64,000 nt of DNA from Acetatifactor sp. (GCA_045616525.1 JAZLGY010000095.1:18849-82848); one strand, 5' to 3'. Positions 1 through 9,783 are shown, numbered from the stretch's first letter. Notes: generated by a model not told the origin, from the sequence alone. Translations and numbers: made by a program.

Positions 1-188
1 CCGTAGGTTTTGCTATGGTTGCAGATGATATTATGGAGGCTTTGGTTCGTCAGAAGCTTGCAAAAGAAGAGGAAGATTGTATCGAGAATATCTACTATAC
101 AAAAGCAGACTTTGCTGAAAAGCTGAAGGAAGCACAGGAGAAGAGAAAGCAGGGGGCTTTAGTAGCATTGCTTCCAAAGGAGAATTAA
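1..188 (+). CDS. 3' end of an ORF entering from the left edge; possibly hisZ (regulatory subunit for short-form HisG)
   Basis: Frame open from nt 3 to TAA at 186-188 (...EKRKQGALVALLPKEN*), 1 nt before the hisG ATG. Assignment rests only on operon context. Confidence 0.4.
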   Translation, partial: VGFAMVADDIMEALVRQKLAKEEEDCIENIYYTKADFAEKLKEAQEKRKQGALVALLPKEN

Positions 189-189
189 T

Positions 190-849
190 ATGAGTGAAGA
201 AAGATATTTAACCTTTGCACTTGGTAAGGGTAGACTTGCAAATAAAACATTGGAGTTATTTGAACAAATCGGCATTACCTGTGAAGAAATTAAAGATAAA
301 AATACCAGAAAACTGATTTTTGTAAACGAGGAATTAAAGCTTCGTTTCTTTCTGGCAAAAGGACCGGATGTACCTACCTATGTTGACTATGGTGCTGCCG
401 ATATTGGTGTTGTTGGTAGAGATACTATTTTGGAAGAGGATCGTAATGTATTTGAGGTACTTGATTTGAACTACGGAAAGTGTAGAATGTGTGTATGTGG
501 TCCTGCTAGTGCCAAGGAACTCTTACAGCATCATGAGAGAATCAGAGTAGCAAGTAAATATCCTAACATTGCCAAGGAATACTTCTATAATCAGAAGCAT
601 CAGACCGTTGATATTATTAAACTGAATGGTTCTGTAGAGTTAGGACCTATTGTAGAGCTTTCCGATGTCATCGTAGATATTGTTGAAACCGGTTCTACCT
701 TACGTGAAAATGGTTTGGAAGTATTAGAGGAGATTTGTCCTTTGTCTGCACGTATGATTGTGAATCCTGTAAGTATGCAGATGGACACAGAAAGAATCAA
801 AAAATTAATTCATGCGCTTCGTGAAAAGATTACTGAAAGCCAGAATTAA
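190..849 (+). CDS. hisG: ATP phosphoribosyltransferase, short form
   Basis: 219 aa; LTFALGKGRL N-terminus and DIVETGSTLRENGL PRPP-binding motif; AAGGAG RBS upstream. Confidence 0.95.
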   Translation: MSEERYLTFALGKGRLANKTLELFEQIGITCEEIKDKNTRKLIFVNEELKLRFFLAKGPDVPTYVDYGAADIGVVGRDTILEEDRNVFEVLDLNYGKCRMCVCGPASAKELLQHHERIRVASKYPNIAKEYFYNQKHQTVDIIKLNGSVELGPIVELSDVIVDIVETGSTLRENGLEVLEEICPLSARMIVNPVSMQMDTERIKKLIHALREKITESQN

Positions 850-867
850 TGAAGAGGGGATTAAATC

Positions 868-2160
868 ATGAGAATTATTAAATTAACAGAAGAAAGTAAG
901 AAGAATATTTTACAGGATTTATTAAAGAGAAGTCCTAATCAGTATGGTCAGTATGAGTCAGTTGTAAATGATATTTTAAATAATGTAAAGGAGAACGGAG
1001 ACAAGGCTGTATTTGATTACACCTTAAAGTTTGATAAGTTTCAGCTTACGCCGGAGAATTTACTTGTTACAAGAGAAGAAATCGATGCAGCTTACAAGGA
1101 GCTTGATCCTGAACTTGTACGTGTTATTCGAGACAGTGCAAAGAATGTTGAAGCATTTCACCAGAAGCAGCTTCGTAACAGCTGGTTTGATTCTAAGGAG
1201 GACGGTACCATTCTTGGTATGAAGATTACTCCAATCGGTAAAGTTGGTGTTTATGTACCCGGTGGTAAGGCTGCTTATCCTTCCAGCGTTATTATGAATG
1301 TAGTTCCTGCCAAGGTTGCAGGTGTTGAACACATCTATATGACAACTCCCTGTAACAGTGAAGGCAAGGTTAATCCGGGTACCTTGGTAGCTGCAGATAT
1401 TGCAGGTGTAGATACTATTTATAAGGTTGGTGGTGCACAGGCCATTGCAGCACTTGCGTTTGGTACAGAAAGTATTGAAAAGGTTGATAAGATTACCGGA
1501 CCCGGAAATATTTATGTAGCACTTGCCAAGAAGGCTGTTTACGGACATGTTAGTATTGATTCCATTGCCGGCCCAAGTGAAATCATGGTTCTTGCAGATG
1601 AGAGTGCTAATCCAAGATATATTGCTGCTGATTTATTATCTCAGGCAGAGCATGATGAGCTTGCAAGTGCAATCCTTGTTACAACCTCCATGGATGTAGC
1701 ACAGAAGGTTTCAGAGCATGTTGATAAATTTACGCAGGAATTATCAAGAAAAGAGATTATTGAGAAATCTTTAAACAACTACGGATATATTTTGGTTGCT
1801 GAAAATATGAAGGATGCAGTTGATGCAGTTAACGAAATTGCTTCAGAGCACTTAGAGATTTTAACAGTGAATCCTTTTGACACTATGACTAGAATTAAGA
1901 ATGCAGGTGCTATTTTCCTTGGAGAATATTCTTCAGAGCCTTTGGGAGATTATTACGCAGGTCCTAACCATATTTTACCAACCAATGGTACAGCAAAGTT
2001 CTTCTCCCCTGTAAATGTAGATGACTTTATCAAGAAAAGTTCTATTATTTCATACTCAAGAGAAGCTCTTGAGAAGGCGGCAGATGATATTGAATTGTTT
2101 GCTAAGAGCGAAGGCTTAACAGCACACGCAAACAGTATTCATGTTCGTTTCCATGACTAA
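868..2160 (+). CDS. hisD: histidinol dehydrogenase
   Basis: 430 aa; full-length HisD-like sequence (YVPGGKAAYPSSV, GPGNIYV, SQAEHD, GDYYAGPNHILPT). Confidence 0.95.
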   Translation: MRIIKLTEESKKNILQDLLKRSPNQYGQYESVVNDILNNVKENGDKAVFDYTLKFDKFQLTPENLLVTREEIDAAYKELDPELVRVIRDSAKNVEAFHQKQLRNSWFDSKEDGTILGMKITPIGKVGVYVPGGKAAYPSSVIMNVVPAKVAGVEHIYMTTPCNSEGKVNPGTLVAADIAGVDTIYKVGGAQAIAALAFGTESIEKVDKITGPGNIYVALAKKAVYGHVSIDSIAGPSEIMVLADESANPRYIAADLLSQAEHDELASAILVTTSMDVAQKVSEHVDKFTQELSRKEIIEKSLNNYGYILVAENMKDAVDAVNEIASEHLEILTVNPFDTMTRIKNAGAIFLGEYSSEPLGDYYAGPNHILPTNGTAKFFSPVNVDDFIKKSSIISYSREALEKAADDIELFAKSEGLTAHANSIHVRFHD

Positions 2161-2188
2161 TTAGTTTTAAAGTGGAGGGTATTATTTT

Positions 2189-2776
2189 ATGGCAAGAAGT
2201 ATAACAATCAATAGAAAAACAAAGGAAACAGAGATTTCTATTTCTATCGATATGGATGGCACCGGTAAGGCGCAGGTAAATACAGGAATTGGTTTCTTGG
2301 ATCATATGCTGGAAGGCTTTGCAAAGCATGGATTCTTTGATCTGATCTGTAATGTAAAGGGAGATCTGAACGTTGATGGACATCATACTGTGGAGGATAC
2401 AGGTATTGTTCTTGGTCAGGCTATTAAAAAGGCTTTGGGAGATAAGAAGGGTATTCGTAGGTATGGTTACTTTATTCTTCCTATGGATGAAGTGCTTGCT
2501 ATGTCAGCTGTTGACTTGTGTGGCAGACCTTATTTACAGTTCGACTGTGACTTTACAGTGGAAAGAATTGGAGATTTGGAAACAGAGCTTGTTCGTGAGT
2601 TCTTCTATGCAGTCAGCTATAGCGCAGGCATGAATCTTCACTTAAAGGTTATGACACCCGGAAATAATCATCATATGGTTGAAGCCATGTTTAAGGCTTT
2701 TGCAAAAGCCCTTGATATGGCTACGCAGATGGATGAACGTGTTGAGGATGTACTTAGTACAAAGGGAGCTTTATAA
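2189..2776 (+). CDS. hisB: imidazoleglycerol-phosphate dehydratase
   Basis: 195 aa; DGHHTVEDTGI and GNNHHMVEAMFKAF metal-binding motifs. Confidence 0.95.
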   Translation: MARSITINRKTKETEISISIDMDGTGKAQVNTGIGFLDHMLEGFAKHGFFDLICNVKGDLNVDGHHTVEDTGIVLGQAIKKALGDKKGIRRYGYFILPMDEVLAMSAVDLCGRPYLQFDCDFTVERIGDLETELVREFFYAVSYSAGMNLHLKVMTPGNNHHMVEAMFKAFAKALDMATQMDERVEDVLSTKGAL

Positions 2777-2816
2777 GTGGATATGCTTAGTGCAAAGAGA
2801 GACTTGTAATTCGTTT

Positions 2817-2850
2817 AGAACAACGCAGTATTTGCTGCGTTGTTTTTATA
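2817..2850 (+). terminator. rho-independent terminator after hisB
   Basis: AACAACGCAG-tatttg-CTGCGTTGTT stem followed by TTTTATAT. Confidence 0.75.
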
Positions 2851-2957
2851 TATGATAAAACTTGCGAAGCTTACTTTTCTCTTATATGCTTTGACCATAA
2901 CAGGAATATATATTATAATAAAGATTACGGTTATTAATAGGAAATGAGGTAGAAAAT

Positions 2958-3293
2958 ATGAAACCTGTATTACAGTGGAGTGATTTAAAAAAAGATGAAA
3001 ATGGGTTGATTCCTGTAGTTGTTCAGGATGCAGAAAATGGACAGGTGCTTCAGGTAGCTTATATGAATGAGAAGGCTTTTGAGGATACCTTTACAACAGG
3101 AAAGATGAATTATTATAGCAGAAGCAGAAAAACACAGTGGTTAAAGGGTGAAACCAGTGGTCATTTCCAGATTGTGAAGGAGCTTTATACAGATTGTGAC
3201 TATGATACTATTTTAGCCAAGGTGGAACAGATTGGTGCTGCGTGCCATACTGGTGCCAGAAGTTGTTTCTTTAGAGAGTTATCGACAAATTAG
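2958..3293 (+). CDS. hisI: phosphoribosyl-AMP cyclohydrolase (monofunctional, no HisE domain)
   Basis: 111 aa; ETSGHFQ...CDYDT...CHTGARSCF cyclohydrolase signature; GAGG RBS. Confidence 0.9.
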   Translation: MKPVLQWSDLKKDENGLIPVVVQDAENGQVLQVAYMNEKAFEDTFTTGKMNYYSRSRKTQWLKGETSGHFQIVKELYTDCDYDTILAKVEQIGAACHTGARSCFFRELSTN

Positions 3294-3303
3294 GAGTGAA
3301 TGC

Positions 3304-5199
3304 ATGGAAGAAAAGCTTGCTTTATCAGAAGATATATTAATGAGGGTTGAAAAACCAGCCAGATATATTGGTCATGAAGTGAATGCGGTCGTTAAGGATA
3401 AAAATCAGGTAAAGGTACGTTTTGCAATGTGCTTTCCGGATGTATATGAGATTGGTATGTCACATCTCGGTATCCAGATTCTTTATGATATGTTTAATCG
3501 TTGGGAGGATGTGTGGTGTGAACGTGTATATTCTCCATGGACTGATTTGGATCAGATTATGAGAGAAGAACATATTCCCTTATTTGGTTTGGAATCTCAG
3601 GAGCCAATTAAGGATTTTGATTTCCTAGGTGTGACGATTCAGTATGAGATGTGTTATACCAATATTCTTCAGGTACTGGATTTAAGTCAGATTCCATTGC
3701 TTTCTAAAGACAGAACCTGGGAACATCCCATTGTAATAGGTGGAGGTCCATGTTCCTATAATCCGGAACCAATTGCTGATTTCTTTGATATTTTCTATAT
3801 TGGAGAAGGAGAAACCAGATATAGAGAATTGTTGGATACTTATTTACAGGCCAGAGAAGAAGGCGCTTCCAGAGTAGAATTTTTACGTAGAGCTGCTAAG
3901 ATTCCGGGAATGTACGTTCCAATGTTTTATGAAGCTACATATAACCAGGATGGAACTCTAAAGAGCTTTGCACCGACAGAAGAAGGTATTCCCAAAACAA
4001 TCATCAAGGAAATGGTAATGGATGTCACCAATACGGTTTATCCTATGAAGCCGGTGGTTCCATATATTAAGGTTACGCAGGACAGAGTTGTTCTGGAAAT
4101 TCAAAGAGGCTGTATCAGAGGCTGCAGATTCTGTCAGGCGGGACAGCTTTACAGACCGGTAAGAGAGAAGGATGTAGAGGTTCTGAAAAACTATGCAGTC
4201 ACCATGCTGGATAATACAGGACATGAAGAGATTTCTCTTAGTAGCTTGAGCTCCAGTGACTATTCCAAGCTCCCTGAATTAATTGACTTTTTGATTGAAG
4301 ACTGTGATCGTAAGAAGATTAATATTTCCCTGCCTTCCTTACGTATTGATGCATTTTCACTGGATGTTATGAGTAAGGTACAGGATATTAAAAAATCTTC
4401 CCTTACTTTTGCACCGGAAGCCGGTAGTCAGAGACTTCGTAACGTTATTAATAAAGGGCTTACAGAGGAAAATATCTTAAATGGCTGTTCTATGGCATTT
4501 AAGGGTGGCTGGACCAGAGTAAAGCTTTATTTTATGCTGGGTCTTCCTACGGAAACAGAGGATGATATGAGAGGCATTGCAGAGCTTTCCAACAAGATTG
4601 CCTCTGTATTCTTTGATGAGATTCCCAAGGCTGCCAGAATCAATGGCAAGGTCCAAATTGTAAGTAGTACATCCTTCTTTGTGCCTAAGCCCTTTACTCC
4701 CTTCCAGTGGGCAAGACAGTGTACCAAGGAAGAGTTTATTGAGAAGGCTTACTTTACAAGAAAGGCTATATCAGAGCAGTTAAATCAAAAGAGTATTAAA
4801 TATAATTACCATGAGGCAGATGCCAGTGTTTGGGAAGGTGTTCTTGCAAGAGGTGACAGAAAATTAAATCAGTTTATTTTAAAACTCTACGAAAAAGGAT
4901 GCTTTTATGATGCCTGGAGTGAATACTTTAAGAATGATATCTGGGAAGAAACCATGGCAGAATGTGGCTTGGATGTAGACTTCTATACCCATCGTGAAAG
5001 ACCTATTGAGGAGTTGCTCCCTTGGGATTTCATTGATTGTGGTGTAACAAAGGAATTCTTTATTCGTGAATGGAAAAAAGCACATGAAGAAACAGTGAGT
5101 GAAAACTGTAAGAAGAAGTGTCAGGCATGTGGTGCTGCCAGATTTGGCTGTGGAATATGTTTTGAACCTAGAGAAGCTGTGGGAGGAGAGGAAGTATGA
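3304..5199 (+). CDS. TIGR03960-type B12-binding-domain radical SAM protein
   Basis: CxxxCxxC cluster motif (GCIRGCRFCQAG). Start moved to the ATG at 3304 (AGGAG RBS, MEEKLALSEDILMRVEKPARYIGHE); the 3232 start would overlap hisI. Confidence 0.85.
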   Translation: MEEKLALSEDILMRVEKPARYIGHEVNAVVKDKNQVKVRFAMCFPDVYEIGMSHLGIQILYDMFNRWEDVWCERVYSPWTDLDQIMREEHIPLFGLESQEPIKDFDFLGVTIQYEMCYTNILQVLDLSQIPLLSKDRTWEHPIVIGGGPCSYNPEPIADFFDIFYIGEGETRYRELLDTYLQAREEGASRVEFLRRAAKIPGMYVPMFYEATYNQDGTLKSFAPTEEGIPKTIIKEMVMDVTNTVYPMKPVVPYIKVTQDRVVLEIQRGCIRGCRFCQAGQLYRPVREKDVEVLKNYAVTMLDNTGHEEISLSSLSSSDYSKLPELIDFLIEDCDRKKINISLPSLRIDAFSLDVMSKVQDIKKSSLTFAPEAGSQRLRNVINKGLTEENILNGCSMAFKGGWTRVKLYFMLGLPTETEDDMRGIAELSNKIASVFFDEIPKAARINGKVQIVSSTSFFVPKPFTPFQWARQCTKEEFIEKAYFTRKAISEQLNQKSIKYNYHEADASVWEGVLARGDRKLNQFILKLYEKGCFYDAWSEYFKNDIWEETMAECGLDVDFYTHRERPIEELLPWDFIDCGVTKEFFIREWKKAHEETVSENCKKKCQACGAARFGCGICFEPREAVGGEEV

Positions 5200-6068
5200 A
5201 GGTAAGAGTGAAATTTTCCAAGAATGGTCCCATTCGTTTCATAGGTCATTTGGATGTCATGCGTTATTTTCAGAAAAACTTACGTAGGGCGCATATTGAT
5301 GTATCCTATACGACCGGTTTTAGCCCTCATCAGATTATGTCCTTTGCAGCGCCTCTTGGTGTAGGTCATACTAGTGATGGAGAATATATGGATATCGAAT
5401 GTGACAGTGTCTCTACCAGCAAGGAAATGATGCAGCAAATGAACGACGCTTCCGTAGATGGAATTCGAATTTTGAGTGTCAAGGAATTGCCGGCTGATTC
5501 TGAAAATGCTATGGCAAGTGTTGCGGCTGCGGCATATCTTATTACCTTTAGAGAGGGAAAAGAACCGGGATTTGATTATCTGAATGGTATTGATGCATTT
5601 ATGGCACAGGACCATATTATGATTACTAAGGAGACCAAGAAAAGTAGTCTGGAAGTAGATTTAAAGCAAGGGATCTATGAAATGGAAGCAAGAGACGGTG
5701 GAATTTATTTGTTTGTAGATGCTTCTTCAAGCGGAAATATTAAACCCTTGCATGTTATGGAGGCCTATGCGGCATTCTATGGTAAGACCTTGGCAGAGCA
5801 TGCGCTTCATGTTCATCGAATAGATACCTTTACCAGAAAGTCAGAGGAGGATCCGACTTTCATTTCTATGGGGGAAATTGGATTTGAAATCTTAGAACCC
5901 AGAAGAGATGAGGAGCGAATCCGCATTGCGGCAGACAATATTCGTAGAAAGAAAGAGGCAATGGAAGAGGCTAACAGACTAAGAGAGCAGTTACTTTTAG
6001 AAAAGAAAGCCGAAATCGAAGCCTGGAATAAAATGAAAAATGAGCAGATACATAAAGACCAGCAGTAG
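5196..6068 (+). CDS. TIGR03936/DUF2344 radical-SAM-associated protein with K/E-rich C-terminal tail
   Basis: 290 aa; MKVRVKFSKNGPIRFIGHLDVMR N-terminus typical of the family; ATGA overlap with the upstream radical SAM gene. Confidence 0.8.
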   Translation: MKVRVKFSKNGPIRFIGHLDVMRYFQKNLRRAHIDVSYTTGFSPHQIMSFAAPLGVGHTSDGEYMDIECDSVSTSKEMMQQMNDASVDGIRILSVKELPADSENAMASVAAAAYLITFREGKEPGFDYLNGIDAFMAQDHIMITKETKKSSLEVDLKQGIYEMEARDGGIYLFVDASSSGNIKPLHVMEAYAAFYGKTLAEHALHVHRIDTFTRKSEEDPTFISMGEIGFEILEPRRDEERIRIAADNIRRKKEAMEEANRLREQLLLEKKAEIEAWNKMKNEQIHKDQQ

Positions 6069-7248
6069 TTATGAAAAAAGCCCCTTTGAAAAAAGAGAGG
6101 GGCGCCTTGTTATAACTGAATATCGTGAAAAACAGGTTGCTATGTATATTGCTGATCAGAGAATTTATGGGGCAATGGTTCTTCCTAAGGAAGAAGATGA
6201 CAGAAATGGCAATATTTATGTGGGTAGAGTATCCGGTGTGGTGAAATCCAGCAAAACTTGTTTTGTTGAATATAAAAAGGGATGCGTTGGCTTTCTACCC
6301 TTGAAAGGGAAGGAACACCTAAAGGAAGGCGATATCCTCCCGGTCATGCTTGAAAAAGAACCCATTAAAACAAAACCCGCAACATTAACTGCCAATATTT
6401 CACTGGAAGGTGAATATTTTGTTTTTTCCAAGGAGCAGCCGGGCTTGTTTTTTTCAAAGAAATTATCTTCAGAGGTGAAAGAGCGTATTCGGGAAGTTTT
6501 TCTTGGTCAGGGCTGTGATTTTTCATTGTATGGTGTCGTTGTAAGGACCAATGCGGCTATATTGACGGAGGATTACTTTCTCGAAGTATTTCATAAGCAA
6601 AGAACAGATTTTGAGGATATTTTAAGAAAAGCATCTTTTTCTACTGCATTTCAATGTATCTATCGTAATACAGACCCTTGGAAAATGCTTCAGACGGCCT
6701 TTAAGAAGGATGAAGCACTAAATGTGGTCAGTGATAGCCCTGAAATGATAAATTGCCTTAAAACGTCTTTAAATAAACCACAAGGGGTAGAGAATATTTC
6801 ACTGTATGAGGATCAGTCTTTTAGCCTGATTCATTTGTATCGTGTAGATACCCTTATGACAGAGGCACTCCAAAAATCTGTATGGTTAAAAAATGGTGGA
6901 AATATTGTAATTGAACAGCTTGAAACCTTAACGGCAATTGATGTAAATGCGGCAAAAGGTTTTTCAATGAAGGAAAAAAATGATGGAGAAAGTGTTCAAT
7001 TAAGATGGAATAAGGAAGCTGCCCGGGAAATTGCGTTACAAATGCGCCTTCGTAATCTTACAGGCATGATTTTGGTGGATTTTATAAATATGGATTCCAA
7101 AACAGAAGAAAAAATCCTGTTAGATTACATGAAAAATTTATGTAAAGAGGATATTCAGGAGGTTTCCGTTTTGGATATAACAGCCTTAGGATTAATGGAA
7201 ATTACCAGAAAAAAAGGAACCAAATCTTTACGAGAGCAATTTTATTAA
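6040..7248 (+). CDS. rng: Rne/Rng-family ribonuclease (RNase G-like)
   Basis: 402 aa; S1-like N-terminal segment (GNIYVGRVSGVV), IDVNAAKG and ILVDFINM catalytic Asp motifs. The start is uncertain and overlaps the upstream gene by 29 nt. Confidence 0.8.
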   Translation: MSRYIKTSSSYEKSPFEKREGRLVITEYREKQVAMYIADQRIYGAMVLPKEEDDRNGNIYVGRVSGVVKSSKTCFVEYKKGCVGFLPLKGKEHLKEGDILPVMLEKEPIKTKPATLTANISLEGEYFVFSKEQPGLFFSKKLSSEVKERIREVFLGQGCDFSLYGVVVRTNAAILTEDYFLEVFHKQRTDFEDILRKASFSTAFQCIYRNTDPWKMLQTAFKKDEALNVVSDSPEMINCLKTSLNKPQGVENISLYEDQSFSLIHLYRVDTLMTEALQKSVWLKNGGNIVIEQLETLTAIDVNAAKGFSMKEKNDGESVQLRWNKEAAREIALQMRLRNLTGMILVDFINMDSKTEEKILLDYMKNLCKEDIQEVSVLDITALGLMEITRKKGTKSLREQFY

Positions 7249-7262
7249 AGAGGTGTCAGGTT

Positions 7263-7826
7263 ATGGAATTACTTACCATGGAAAAGGTTAAAGATGGGAA
7301 ATATTTAAAGAGTTACGAGTTAACCTATTTAAATAGATCCGGTAAAGAGAAAAAATATGAAATGGTTAGTAGAAGAGAGTTGAATACACCGCAGGATATT
7401 GGTAAGGTATCCAGTGGGGTATCGGTAATCTGTCTTTGTGATGGTAAATTACTGCTTTTACATGAGTTTCGTATGGGAGTTAATGCACGAGTTTATAATC
7501 TATGCGCCGGTATGCTTGAAGAGGGAGAAAGCCTGGAGGATTGTATTAAGAGAGAGCTTATGGAAGAAACAGGGCTTTGTCTTGAAAAGGTTATTGAGAT
7601 TTTACCACCGTCCTTTGCGGCAGTAGCCATTTCGGATACTGTAACGAATATTGCAATCGTAAAAGCAAGCGGAAGCCTAAACCCGCACCCCTCTGATAAT
7701 GAGGATATTATTCCACATCTTTTTACCAAGGAAGAGGTTCAAGGATTATTAAAAACAGAGAAATTTAGCTCCAGAGCACAGCTTTCTGCATATATGTTTT
7801 CTATAGGAGCTTTTGATAATTTATAG
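7263..7826 (+). CDS. Nudix hydrolase
   Basis: Nudix box GMLEEGESLEDCIKRELMEETG. Confidence 0.85.
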   Translation: MELLTMEKVKDGKYLKSYELTYLNRSGKEKKYEMVSRRELNTPQDIGKVSSGVSVICLCDGKLLLLHEFRMGVNARVYNLCAGMLEEGESLEDCIKRELMEETGLCLEKVIEILPPSFAAVAISDTVTNIAIVKASGSLNPHPSDNEDIIPHLFTKEEVQGLLKTEKFSSRAQLSAYMFSIGAFDNL

Positions 7827-7845
7827 AAAGAAAAGGTATAATAAT

Positions 7846-8070
7846 ATGAATCCAATGGATATTTTAACTTTAAAAAATGATTTTGCGAAATTTGGTGCGA
7901 ATCATCCCAAGTTTATTCAGTTTTGTCAGGTTGTTGCACAGTCCGGTATCGAAGAGGGGACAATTTTCGAATGTACTGTAAGAAAACCTGATGGTCAGGC
8001 TATGCAGGCCAATATCAAGATTACACAGGATGATTTGGATTTGATTGAGAAATTAAAAGGATTACGATGA
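7846..8070 (+). CDS. small hypothetical protein translationally coupled to the Y-family polymerase
   Basis: 74 aa from the ATG at 7846 (AAAAGG RBS); its stop overlaps the polymerase ATG (ATGA); no recognisable domain. Confidence 0.55.
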   Translation: MNPMDILTLKNDFAKFGANHPKFIQFCQVVAQSGIEEGTIFECTVRKPDGQAMQANIKITQDDLDLIEKLKGLR

Positions 8071-9503
8071 AACAAAACTATTTTGTAGCCATTGATTTGA
8101 AGTCTTTTTATGCATCGGTAGAGTGTATAGAAAGAGGTCTGGATCCATTAACCACAAGACTTGTGGTAGCAGATGAATCAAGAACAGAAAAGACAATATG
8201 TCTGGCTGTTACTCCCGCATTGAAGGCCTATGGAGTTCCGGGAAGAGCCAGACTTTTTGAAGTGGTACAAAAAGCAAAAGAATATGGATTGGAATTTTTA
8301 ATTGCAAAGCCCAGAATGGCTTTGTATGTAAAATATAGCACGCAAATCTATAATATTTATTTAAGATATGTGGCACCTGAGGATATACATGTTTACTCTA
8401 TAGATGAAGTTTTTATTGATTTAACTTCTTATTTGGAAACCTATCAGACTACCCCTGAGGAGCTGTCTCGTAAGATGGTACAGGCTGTATTTGAGGAAAC
8501 AGGTATTACCGCAACCGCCGGAATCGGCACGAATATGTATTTGGCGAAAATAGCCATGGATATTGTTGCAAAGCATACAAAACCCGATGAAAATGGGGTT
8601 CGCATGGCTTTTCTGGATGAAATGGAGTACAGAAAAAAATTATGGAATCATAGACCTCTCACTGACTTTTGGCGAGTAGGCAGAGGTTATCAGAAAAAAC
8701 TGGAAGAAAATGGCTTGTTCACTATGGGTGATATCGCCAGATGCTCTTTGGGGAAGGATAATGATTTTCATAATGAGGATTTATTGTTCAAATTATTTGG
8801 CGTAAATGCGGAGCTTTTGATTGACCATGCATGGGGATATGAACCATGTCCCATAAAGGAGATTAAGGTATATCAGCCGGAAACAAACAGCGTTAGTAAC
8901 GGACAGGTTTTACAACATCCTTATGATACAGAGGCTGCCAAGGTGGTTATGATGGAAATGACAGATATGATGGTCCTTGATTTAGTTGAAAAGAAGCTTT
9001 GTACGGACCAGATTGTCATTAATATTGGTTATGATATTGATAACTTTAAAAATCAAGAATTTATGGATGGATATAAAGGAGAGATTGTAGCAGATCACTA
9101 TGGAAGAAAGGTTCCCAAGCCTTCCCATGGTTCCATTAACTTATCCCCTGCAACCTCCTCTACAACAGAAATTATGAAGGCTGTATCAGAACTATTTGAT
9201 CGTGTTGCTTTGCCGGGAGTCTTAATTCGTAGGATGAATGTTACAGCAAATCATCTTATTCCTGAAGAAGATGTAGTATATGAAAAGGAATTTGAGCAGC
9301 TTGATTTGTTTACAGATTACTCTTTGGTAGAACAACAGAAGAAGGAAGAACAGGAAAAACGCCAAAAGGAAAAAAATCTGCAACAGGCAATTTTGAATGT
9401 GAAAAAGAAATATGGTAAAAATGCCATTTTAAGAGGAATGAATTTTAGAGAAGGCGCTACAGCCATTGAACGTAATGGGCAAATTGGTGGTCACAAAGCG
9501 TAG
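8067..9503 (+). CDS. Y-family (translesion) DNA polymerase, UvrX/YqjW-like
   Basis: 478 aa; FVAIDLKSFYASVE, VYSIDEVFIDLT catalytic Asp/Glu motifs; basic C-terminal tail. Confidence 0.9.
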   Translation: MKQNYFVAIDLKSFYASVECIERGLDPLTTRLVVADESRTEKTICLAVTPALKAYGVPGRARLFEVVQKAKEYGLEFLIAKPRMALYVKYSTQIYNIYLRYVAPEDIHVYSIDEVFIDLTSYLETYQTTPEELSRKMVQAVFEETGITATAGIGTNMYLAKIAMDIVAKHTKPDENGVRMAFLDEMEYRKKLWNHRPLTDFWRVGRGYQKKLEENGLFTMGDIARCSLGKDNDFHNEDLLFKLFGVNAELLIDHAWGYEPCPIKEIKVYQPETNSVSNGQVLQHPYDTEAAKVVMMEMTDMMVLDLVEKKLCTDQIVINIGYDIDNFKNQEFMDGYKGEIVADHYGRKVPKPSHGSINLSPATSSTTEIMKAVSELFDRVALPGVLIRRMNVTANHLIPEEDVVYEKEFEQLDLFTDYSLVEQQKKEEQEKRQKEKNLQQAILNVKKKYGKNAILRGMNFREGATAIERNGQIGGHKA

Positions 9504-9564
9504 CCTTAAGAAATGTAAATACGTAAAGTGTAGCTTATGAATGGTATGTTTAAGAAGGTTTAAT

Positions 9565-9783
9565 ATGCAGGAAAATAATAATGAAAATAAATATGATGAT
9601 ATTATCAATTTAAATAGACCGATTTCTAAAAATCATCCGCCCATGTCCATGCATCAAAGAGCTGCGCAGTTTGCACCCTTTGCAGCTTTGGTAGGACATA
9701 AGGATGCTATTGATGACACTGCAAAACTTGCAGAAGAAATGGTCAATGCAGAATTGGAGAAAATAGAAGTAGATGGAATTTAA
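9565..9783 (+). CDS. YolD-like protein (proposed UmuD-equivalent partner of Firmicutes Y-polymerases)
   Basis: 72 aa from the ATG at 9565; RAAQFAPFAALVGH motif resembling the YolD-like family; lies immediately downstream of the polymerase. Confidence 0.6.
   Translation: MQENNNENKYDDIINLNRPISKNHPPMSMHQRAAQFAPFAALVGHKDAIDDTAKLAEEMVNAELEKIEVDGI

Noticed and set aside
1060-1548. Long antisense or alternative-frame ORFs inside well-supported genes, for example 1060-1548 (minus), 20054-20446 (plus), 34539-34994 (plus) and 47024-47359 (plus)
   Set aside because: They lie opposite or out of frame to genes with unmistakable family motifs. Their sequences are Cys/Phe/Ile-rich and low-complexity, as expected from shadow frames of AT-rich coding DNA.
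3232-3303. Longer N-terminus of the radical SAM ORF, overlapping hisI by 62 nt
   Set aside because: The extension is translated from the hisI 3' end in another frame. The internal ATG at 3304 has an AGGAG RBS and begins the conserved family N-terminus.
6080-6103. Hairpin GCCCCT-N12-AGGGGC just after the DUF2344 stop, as a possible terminator that would move the rng start
   Set aside because: No U-tract follows. The conserved RNase G N-terminal segment (LVITEYREKQVA...) begins immediately after it, with no alternative in-frame start, so the ATG at 6040 is retained.
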